Assembly: GCA_976226885.1 (NCBI GenBank)
Contig: OZ320316.1
Location: forward strand, 97,464,001 to 97,528,000
DNA from: Iphione sp. A-MEVVRFRX5
Lineage: Eukaryota
Reading direction: 5' to 3'
DNA length: 64,000 bases
Below, one piece after another: positions 41,117 through 51,906 of the stretch. How positions within the stretch are numbered: the first letter of the stretch is position 1; each line of letters opens with the position of its first letter. Below the pieces are notes generated by a model. The model was not told the DNA's origin. It worked only from the letters and a program-made list of their open reading frames with translations, and made no database searches. Both the position numbers and the translations under genes were made by a program.

Positions 41117-41133
41117 TGACCTTCACGTGACCT
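41117..41133 (-). promoter_or_regulatory. Perfect DR5 nuclear-receptor element AGGTCA-CGTGA-AGGTCA
   Basis: Plus strand TGACCT tcacg TGACCT. The motif is exact; function is untested. Confidence 0.5.
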
Positions 41134-43319
41134 CGCGAGACGAATCAGCTGGCCGATAAAATGGGAAACAACTTCAAAACCACCCGTAGGATTATATTCC
41201 CCCAAGTATTAATCCATCTTCAGTAGGTGGCAAACTTTTAATTTCACACCAAGAGTTCAACAAATCAACTAACACCCCCGACCTTTGCCACCCACAGGCG
41301 GCCATCTCGATTTGTGTTGCCCTTTCTAATCTTCTTCTTCACCCTCCCTCAAACAGAGTATAATTATATTTCACCACCACTGTATTTTTACTCCTTTGTG
41401 GTGAACATTACTCAAGAAAACAGCAAAATAAATTGAAAAATCCCAACTTATAAATGCGTGGCAAGGAGGAGACGTAAAGGTGTGTTAGATTTCTGTTTGA
41501 GGAATGTTTTTTTTATGAGAAACTTAACCTTGGGAAATCAACGCAGTCGAATTGAGAACGGTTCTGGTTAATGAAATGTTTGGCACCTTTTGTGACCAGG
41601 TCCAGGTGTGGCCGACCACCAGCAATAGGCAGTATGTACAGTGCGCCCCCTTGGTGGCGCTGCTGAGGCTGGCGGTGTCATTTTGTAGCCGCAGCTGGTC
41701 TAAGGACTAAGTAACACCAGATCTGTACTCTTACAGGGATTGACACGATCGTGTCACCCCTGCCAAGGCCACGGATGCACACACACACCCACAAACCCGC
41801 GCCGACACACGCGCAGACATAGCAACAGGCACCAGTCTTACAAGTATCTATTTGCTTAGATTTCCACATACATATCCACGCGTAGTAAGTGTGTATATAA
41901 ACCGCTGGTATAGTCTGACACATAGGAACTCACGCCCCTATCTAAATTTAAAATATCTAAATAATTTCGCCCTTTTCTAACATTACTCGACTGCATCATA
42001 ATCAGTATAGGTTAGTAAGCGTTTTATATCTTGATTGATGTAATCTGGCTGCAAATACCTCGATGTACATGTATATTCAATGCCAATATAAATAAAGAAT
42101 ATAATAATAATAACAGATCCACACACATACACCATCGATTGAATTTCCAAACACAAACTCAGTTCATTATTCTTAATTAAAGGTCACGCATTGCAGCGCC
42201 TGGTTCGTTTTACACCAAGTGAACTTATCCCATCCCGATTGAGCCTACATCACACAAACCTAGCCCATTCAGCCAGCTGTCTAAAACATCTCCTCAAACT
42301 GGTATTTGCTCCTGACTGCAGGCCAACATCATGGTCTCCGGGTTGTGGGCGGGACGGAATTATGATATTGAAATTCACTTTCCTGTTTGATTTTAGCAAC
42401 AAGGTGAGAAAGTGTGGTGAGAAACACAATATTAATAGCGCAAATATTGGAGCACTTTGAGTAAACCCATAGTGCATGTATATTTTTCATATTTTGACCA
42501 ATTGTTTGATTTCGTTTCTCTGACCTACATATATTATTATCACGAATGAATGGTAAAACGTAGTTCCATGTTAAACTCATAGTTTGTGTGCTTGGCTGTA
42601 CAACCAGATTTATATTTCTATTGTTAACAGTTGTAAACCATCTCTGGCTAGTTTAAGTGATACTACATATATACATTTTAGTTTAATGCATACATGTATT
42701 TAAGGTATGTTTATAGTTCACACATTACCAATCTTGCCATATTTTTCACAGACAGAAATTTGACAGGCACTGATTATGACTAATTTATACGACTGCATGC
42801 TAAGGTGACAAAATTACCTATCAATCATCGAAAGGTCCCCGCCCCTCAAATGATAGTGGCGTCCCCTGTTCGTCAGCGGGAACAACTGCGACTTCCGGTG
42901 CTGCAACGGGTGTGGTCGTCGCGTTTCACACCATTTTGGAGAATCATTTTACAACCCTCCTATCGCCTATTTGCCAATGATGTATCACCACAATCTACGT
43001 GTAAATGTATATAGGCCTACAAAAGCAGTAAAAGACTAACAGAGTTGAGATCTATGACTATGACTATACAGTAAAGCCTTCCAATTGGACCACTGAAGGG
43101 AGCACTCATTTTTTGGCCTCAAAGGGGTTTGCCTCCCTGTCTGTGGTGGTTTTCTTAAATAATCTATATAATCTGTACAAAAGGTGTCCCATCCTGAGAA
43201 TGGGGGAACTTACTCCAGTACATATATTCCAGTAGATTTAGCAAGGGGCGCCTCGTGGTAAAAGTCTGCAACTAGAGTGACAAATATCATGTACACGTGA
43301 CTTATCCTATTGTGTATTC

Positions 43320-44399
43320 TTGCTGCCCCGATCAACATTGTGTCACAATATTCTGCTGAAAAAGCTAGAGAATTTCGGACTTAGAATGTACCAGAACTGG
43401 ATTGCAGATTATCTCTCCTACAGACACCAAACAACTGTTGTGAATGGCTTTGAATCGAAGAAACTACCAGTGTGCTGTGGCATACCCCAGGGCTCAATAT
43501 TGGGCCCGCTCCTCTTCATAATGTATATTAATGACCTACCATCTCAGATTCTAGGCTGTGAGAGTATACTATATGCTGATGACCTGGTCCTCGTCGCACA
43601 TGGAAAAGATATTACTGAGTGCCATGAAAAGCTGCAGAGAGGCATGGATCAACTAAGAGACTGGACGACAAACAACAGAATTCAAGTTAGTATACCAAAA
43701 ACAAAAGTCATGCATTTTGCATACAGAGGAAATGAGCCACCGGTATGTATCAACTATGGAGGAACGGACCTAGAACAAGTTGACGTGTTTAATTATCTAG
43801 GGGTGCTTATAGACAAAACTCTCTCATTCAAACCACACCTACAATCACTAATCAGAAAAGGATATGGGAAATTAAGGCATTTCTGGAAAATACGGAAATA
43901 CATGAAGCAGGACCTAGCATGGAAACTAGCAAAAACAATGCTGATACCAGTTGTCAACTATGGCCTAGCATTTGTGGGTATAGGAACAAAAGAATATGAG
44001 AGATTCATAACACTGCGAAGACGTATCTATCACTGTGCATTACAAAGAAAACCACCGAGAGAGGATATCAGGGTAGAGGTACAGTCTATAATTGAAACAA
44101 GTACCATCAGGATAGGATGTGCCCTGAAATTGCCTATGGAGATTGTTAGTGAGATTAGCAACAACGAAAACCCATCAGCACATACAATGAGAACCAGAGA
44201 AGGGCAACGCAGACAATTAAAGCTGCGAACCCGGCCTCTAAAGGAGAGATATAGGACATCTGTAACCTACAGGTTTGAGAAATATTGGACACGCTGTCTT
44301 ACTGTGGCTGAAACACAACTCCCTTATGGCAAGCTAGCGGGCGTACTCAGACTAAAAAGAAAACAATCAGCAGTAAAGGCAGACTTCAAGATCCCATAA
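43320..44399 (+). mobile_element. 5'-truncated non-LTR retrotransposon (CR1/L2-like) reverse transcriptase ORF, antisense within the Xlox intron
   Basis: 359 uninterrupted codons with RT motifs LCHNILLKKL, GIPQGSILGPLLFIMYINDLP, YADDLVL, KTKVM, FNYLGVLIDKTLSF. Confidence 0.9.
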
Positions 44400-47300
44400 A
44401 TACAAAGTCACCCCTGGCATTGCACCAATAACGCACTACTACAGGGTGCTACCCTCTAAAAGGTGTGACAGGTTGCTAACCTTAGGTGCGATGTCATCTC
44501 CATACACAGGTTGCAGGTCTCTGACCTAGACATAATATCCTGGACAATAGTACAACCATATACATAATGACAGGTCGATGACCTTGACACCTATCTTCCT
44601 TACTGAACGGGTCGCTGACCCCTAACACAATCATAATAGACCTCTTTAAGTAACAATCCACACACTTAAGGACAACTTGGGGTTTGCCTTTCACTGCTGA
44701 TAATCAGACATAGGCCTTACAATACTCATCACATCATAACATTAAACCATATCACATCACATCATACATAATCCATCATGTACATAATCATCCAGAAACA
44801 AAAGACCTTGAACGTACTGGATCCGCTGATACTTTTTGTATTATATTTTCCAGTGTAAATAAAGATATAAAAAAAAACATTCGTGCAAGAACCATGGTAT
44901 ATTCCCTGTGACGAGAACAATTGGTGTGAAACAAACGGAAACCTTTTCCGCTTAGAATTCACTGTCCAACACAACTGAGACCCTGAAGGTTGTGTCCCCT
45001 AAGAGCAGTGTAAAATGCAACGTCTGCTCTAAGCAACTACTGATACGAATTTCATTCGGAGTATTTCTCGTCATATTGATTCCCTTCATAACAGCTCGGT
45101 AATACGGCTAGTCGCCTGCCGTCCAGCCTCTGATAGTTTGTTTACGGAAGTGTCAGCTGGGAAAAGTCCATTCCGCGGCGCTGTGAGACCTGAACGGTTG
45201 TCATAGTAAACAAATCAACACCTGCTATGGCCAGTCAAACCCACGACGCCCACCTAACCACCCTCCCAACCAGAAACTCACCCGCCCAACCACTCTTCCG
45301 CTCTCCACACCTCTGTCAGTAGACCTCGTGTTGGGGACGTAGTTTGAACAGTAAATAACAATCGAAATCACGGACGGAGATGTGATGGAAATGTAACAAC
45401 GCTAAAGACAGCAAAGATGTCTTGAGGATGGAGAAGATTTCAGCAAGTACAAAAAACATGAATATGCATCATACCAGAAACAACTCTCAAAATAACTCCT
45501 CTCCTCTCGAACACGGAGCTAACCAATGGAAAGGACAGGTGAAGTACCAAAACACACTTTATCATGACTAAAACAGATCACCATATTTATGTTCGGCTGG
45601 AATGGATACTGTACCATTGGTTATGAATAAAGGTAGTATAGACTATGCAAAAGTAGACCAATCGCTCATAGGATCTTAGCTCCTCCCACAGAGAGACGCA
45701 GTTAAGTGAAGGACGGGTGCTCTGTGCTGGAACCACGAAGCCCGTAAAAAAGAACGGATGACCAAATTACAATTCTACACAATAATCACCCATGAGAGAT
45801 GGTTAAAAAAAACCTCTGTGTTACATTACAAACAGGTATACTACCTCTGCTGCCGTATACCGCTGCTATGTTAGTAGCAGTTATTGCCACTAATAGACAA
45901 AAGACAGGTAAGCAAGCGCTGGTACGATACAAAAACACCTTAAGTAAAGTATGTCCAGTGGTAAATGACCCCAGGTAACACGCAGTAGAACACTGAAACT
46001 ATACCAAATGGTAACCAACTTCCAGTACCATACAACAATGATCTTAGTATAGACGAACGGGTAACTGCTTCTACCTTCAACTCTGCGAAATGGTGAGTGC
46101 TCCTAGACAACTAATAACTTAAACTACTACACAGCAGTGACCTTCAGCTAAGGGAAATGGTAAGTGCAACGAGACAACCACTACGTCACACTGCATCACA
46201 TGATAGCCATCCTCCACTGCTACACAACCAGCCCTTTAAAAAATGTCAAGTGGTAGTGTAACCAGCATATTAATCTTTAGACAAAACTTGCTGTCTCTGC
46301 ATGAAGCATTTGCTCTGCGCAGGATGGTACCTCGCCCTGGCGAGATATGCTGTTCAAGCCTAGAAGTGATAAATCTGTTCCGCCCCACCTCCCGGTTTTT
46401 TGCCTCTCACATATGAGTAGTACATGGAAATGTCCTTTTTAGTCAGTGTATGTCACCTACTACAAAGGGTAATCGTTTCAGTGTGAACCAACCAACACAC
46501 AAGTTCAAGATTTCCGACGGAGACAGTCACTGTTAGAGAACCGCGAAGCTTTCATGCCTACAAAGTTCAAAATCTGGAGAAAAAAAATCAAATTCGTATG
46601 TCATGCATGTAACTTGAAGAAAAATTTATGGGCCGGAGTCAGATTACCCTTCAAGTAATAGAAACTTTTTTTGTGACAGAGTACAAGGGGCTAACCAGTG
46701 CGGCTGTGTCAGCCTTACAGATGTAGCTGCGTTTGTGGCGTGATTTGTCCTCCTTTATCGCCCAGGTCCGTCGTTTGTAATACACGCCGCGTCCGCTAGC
46801 CGTCGCTTCATCATCGTCGGTTGTCTCCCCGACGTAATTGTACCCTCTCATACTTCCGCAGGGAAAGAGACGCTCCGGCGGTGTCGCGGTAATAATTCGC
46901 CCTCGCCTCTGATCGTAACCTCAAGGTCAAAAACCAGCCGACCTCAAGGTCAAAAATCAAACGCTCTGAAATGACGAAACGTCATTCGAACCTTGAATGG
47001 GGCGACCGTGTCTCGCAGACGACAATTTGACTCTGCCTGAAATCTGTGCTCCGACATCCCCCTGCCGCAGGACAGCGATAACGTTTTTCAATTTGATCCC
47101 GATCGAGGCGCTGGGAATGGGATGCGAGCGGACGGAGAAATGAAGACTTAGGGGGTTAAAATGAAGGATAAGATGGACACTTCCCTGGATTAGTCGGAGA
47201 TGATCCAGCACCGAAGGGGGTCGTCCGGGGAGGTAGAGGGGGAGGGGAAAGTCTTCCATGGGGGGAAAACCTTGCTTATCAGACAGACGCCCATGTCCTG

Positions 47301-49219
47301 GCGATGGTTATCGGCGTCGCGAACCTCCGAACCTCATAATTGTCGTCTGATTTACGACGACGATAGTGGCGCCGAACGCGCACAGCGGAGAGGCTAGGCA
47401 GCTCTTGGGACGTATAACAGGGAAGGATTGCCCGAACAGTGTGCCATGCTGACCGGTTCTGGTTTGTATTCTCCTGCTCCCTTGTAGTCTGTTTCCTCTG
47501 TCTATTTCTACCAGTCTGTCTTTGCCCCACACTCTGCCTCTCTCCGTTGTCCTCTATCTCACCTCTCATTGTTCCCCTTTCTCTTTGAAAGACTATTGGT
47601 GGGCCTGTCTCTGTTGTGTCTGTTCCCGGTAGATATTATTTTCTGTCCATCTGTCTACCTGCCTGTCTGTATCTTTGTCTCCACGCTTCTGTTCTTGATT
47701 GCTCTCTGTTCGCCTATCTTCTCATTCTTTCCGTCCCTGACTCTGTACTTTTCCCTTGTGCTCACTTTATGTCCTGTGCAATATCCCAGTAATACTTCTA
47801 CTGCTTCTGCTCACACCTCCTCCAACTCATCTAATTCTCCTTTCCCTTAGACGTTGCATTTAAACAAATGTACTCTTTAATTCTGTCTCATCCTTACCTT
47901 CCACCTTGGGTACATTATTTTCCAACTTCCCGACTGTCTATTCCGTCCTTGAGCTTCTTTGCTCCCCACCTTATATACATTCGTCACAAGAGTGCCCCTC
48001 AATCCTGGTGCATTCTTTCTATACTTTCCCTTCAAATCTTACCCTCATCTACCTCCTTCGTCCTCTTCCTCATTTCTCCTGTCCCTCAGTGTGCAATACC
48101 TATTATACTTTCTCTATCCTCTTATCAGTCTCCCTCAGGCTTTCTAGCTGACCTTCTCTGTGCCTTCATGTAACCAAATTTCTTTCATTTCTTTATTTAT
48201 ACACCATAATTACAATATTTTCTTTATATTCTCTTTGGTCCCACGCCCCTCTCGGGCGCGTTCACTATATTTATCGATTCAAACAGAATTAGTTTTCTTT
48301 GAGCAAATCTATATCCACTGTGTATAGTTTTTATTGGATAGATTTTTTTTCTGACACAGGGCATCACGTTAGCCTCCTGTACTGGGCCGTAAGATACTTG
48401 ATACCTGGAAAATATCTTCTTGTACAGATAACCATAATAATTTAGGTAGAGGCACACACTCGAATACATGTATATATACCTAACATGCTGATGTGGTCAT
48501 CATAACACCATAGTGTGTACATGTAGATTTGCATAGATCTTAATTCCTTGTATGTATGTGCCATATTTTCCTGTCTACCTTCAGGTACATAACACCCCTA
48601 CGAATCTACACAAACATGCAGCTACAGTTTAAGTAAAACTCTCTGAGTGTACTACTCACCCCTATTGCTATGATCATCTGCTATCTTTTTCAATGGTCTG
48701 TCTGTCATTCTACCTGTCTCTATTGCAGGTACACTTGAAGCTATATTGAAGGCAGAGACTCATACACACTTCACTACACTTGAACATGCACCTCACTACC
48801 ATTAATCTGCTCACCAGTGTCCCGATATAGCCCTAGCTGATGAATGTTCCAGCCTTTGTGTTTTTTCACTGCACGTTGATATCAAGCAGGAGGAGCAGGT
48901 TGGGGAAGGCCGGGCGGGGGTTGGGGGTGGGGGTGGGGGGGCCTTTGGGTGCAGGAGAGGAGGGGGGGGAGAATTGAATGGTAACCACGGTGACGTGGAT
49001 CAAGCGGAAGGACGGCCATTGTTTTCGTTCTGGCGGTTGTTTTACGTCTTCCAGAGGCAGGCTGGGAGGGTGGGTGGGAAGAGGATTATGCGTAGAGGGA
49101 CTGGACGGACGCCAAGGACTGAGGAACGCTCTGCAATGGTATGGAACGCAGAGTAATATCGTGGAGGGCGGGACAGAAGTTTGCAGGAAGAGAGGGAAGG
49201 AGTAGCAATCAGCGGGGCT

Positions 49220-49221
<2 letters not shown>

Positions 49222-49270
<49 letters not shown>

Positions 49271-49505
49271 GGCCATGGGGATTTAGTCAGGGTGACAGAG
49301 GAGGAAGAAGGGAAAATGTTGGACAGAAAAAATGAATGCTCATCTGAAAGAATAGGCTATATAGTAAGGTGACAAGATACAGAGAAACAGAGAAGAGGAG
49401 AAAGGGACGGGTGGCAATACGTGTGAGAAACAAGATATTTGATACTAGCGACAGTTCGAGAAAAAAGAGAAAGAGAGTGAAGAGAGAGAGAGAAAGAGAG
49501 AGAGG

Positions 49506-49530
<25 letters not shown>
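49222..49530. repeat. Two (GA)n tracts (49222-49268, ~49470-49530)
   Basis: Read directly from sequence. Confidence 0.9.
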
Positions 49531-49536
<6 letters not shown>

Positions 49537-49870
49537 TATCGGGAGCCGCTTTCTCGGGGAGACATCTCTCTCAATATTCGCGGAATGCCATATCGGCGGA
49601 AGGGCGTAATAACCGCACGGATAATAATCACCGCGACGCCGCCGGATGATTTATCAACCCCGAAACATTTGCCGCCCACCCGGACGCCGCGACACACCCC
49701 TTTCCCATTCTCCGTCCCCCTCCCAACCTCCCTTACCCTGAACGTCGGGCGGGTGACGGCGAATGGTCGTCGAACAACACGTCCCAGGTGATGAACGAGA
49801 ACTTCCGGAAAGACGGGGGGGGGACACAGGACGGGACGGAGGGTTGGTAAGTAAAATATATGGGAGGAGA

Positions 49871-49941
<71 letters not shown>
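49871..49941. repeat. (GAT)n microsatellite
   Basis: Read directly from sequence. Confidence 0.95.
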
Positions 49942-49942
<1 letters not shown>

Positions 49943-51716
49943 ATCATCAAAGGCATTTGTTTCGACAATGATATCCATGTTTTGTTTGCTTTATATTTAC
50001 TAAAATCTCCTGGATTGGGTAGGGGGTCTGCCATAGAATTTGACGACTTTAAGTCCAAAAAGTGCTGAATTTGATGACTTAAAGTCCAAAAAGTTTTGAA
50101 TTTGCTTACTAAAAGTCCAAAAAGTCCACTCTGTCAACTTCAATCATTGTATATTCCTTCCAGTCTTCTGTATACACATTTCAAAAAGGGCCTGAAGCCA
50201 CAAAGCCAGCTTCGTCTCAAGAGCCTTCCTTAATAGAGATATATCTGTAGTTTGAGATAACACTAACCAATGCATCTGCTACATTAGTACTCGTTCTAAA
50301 GCAAAACCTTTGGGATCAGTATAAGAAATACGGATTTCAAGATTTGACGCGCACGGATGCCCTCAGGCGTGAATGTGTGAACTAATTACGGTGCAAATTG
50401 ATGTGTTACCGAGTCATTCATGACGGTGAAGTGAACATGTTTGTCCCTCCCTATCTCTCAGCACTACTGGGTCTGTCTGCTGGCTCAAATGGACCAAACC
50501 ATCCCTCATACATGTTCTAGCTGCATACATCTGTTGGCCACTTGGCGAAGCCTCAGTTGTCAGTGGTGCTAGTTGACAGCAATTGACTTCTTGCCCGAAA
50601 AAAAGTACACTGAAAAGCACACGTTTTATGGCGCAACTTGAAGGAAGTGAGATCTAGAAGATGGGAAATGCTACGTTAATGGTAGTAAAAACTGAGGATA
50701 ACATTTATATGTTGTTGGGTCCCGTGCCTTTTTACTTGCTGTACCCTTTTTCCATCCCTTCTCTTCCTCTGCCACATGATTTTCTGACCCTTCCAATATC
50801 TTTGTTCCTGATACCTTTTACCCACTTTGACCGTCTCTGTTTCTTCAACTCAAATCTGTCCTTTTTCTCTGTCCCATCTACGGTTCCTCCCATCATCCCT
50901 TGAACATCATCCGCCTTCGTCACCCTCCTCCATATTTATCCCTGTCACTGTTTTCCCCCTCACCGCCCCTCCAACCCATCCCTCTCCAGATATCGAAAAT
51001 AATCTCGCCCCTTTTCTCATTCCAAGGTAAATAACGCCAGATAAGGACACGCACCCCCAACCAAGAACAACTCCTAGTTACCGATAAAGCGTGTAGAGGG
51101 CGCAAGGTCGACCTCAAGGTCACCGATAGGTGGCGCGAAGACCTCATCGTCCTGTGGCGGACTTTGATGTCGCTGACCCTGCCACTAGGGGGTGAAGTGA
51201 GGGGCAAGAGGAGAAGGATCCCCAAGGTCATCAGAGCGATGTGATACACAGAATCCTCATCTCTTGGGCCATTCGTCACGTTCTCCCCACTGCACAGGAG
51301 ACCACAAGTCTGGGAGTTGCCCAGGGCAGATGACCGAGTAGCTCAGTAAAGGATGACGTATGTTGCACTTATCTGCTACTATTACTCTCTACGTGCTCCT
51401 ATTTCCTTCTACTTCTCCTTCTCTATTGTCGAGTTTCGATGTATTGTTTCTCCTTTTGCCTCTCTCTCACTTTTTATGCGTCTCAGTGTTTTTCTCTGAC
51501 CTTCCCTGTCCTATTCTTTGTGCATCTGATTCCTTTGTCTCTCTGCATCTGTCCTTTCACTTTCGCGCCATCAATTTCTCTCTACTTTAGTTCTTCATCG
51601 TTTCTAAATTCGAATATATGAGGTGCACTTGCAATAATCCGCTATGACAAGTATTGAATGAATGTATATATATGGACAAACAAGAAGGAATTTTTCCACA
51701 CCAGAAAAGGTCATTA

Positions 51717-51906
51717 GGCTTATTTTCCATGTGCACATGTTTTCATGGCTGTGGCAGCATCTTTTAATGGTGTACATGCAGCGTGGGTGCTGCATAACAG
51801 CAGAAGTGATTTTACACATGGACTTGGCAACACAGCAATAGTTTTCATGGCACTCCATGGCCTCCAAAGAACACTACATGCTATATGCATACATGGAAAT
51901 TAATCC
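51717..51906. mobile_element. PIF/Harbinger MITE
   Basis: TTA|GGCTTATTTTCCATG ... CATGGAAATTAATCC|TTA. Confidence 0.65.
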
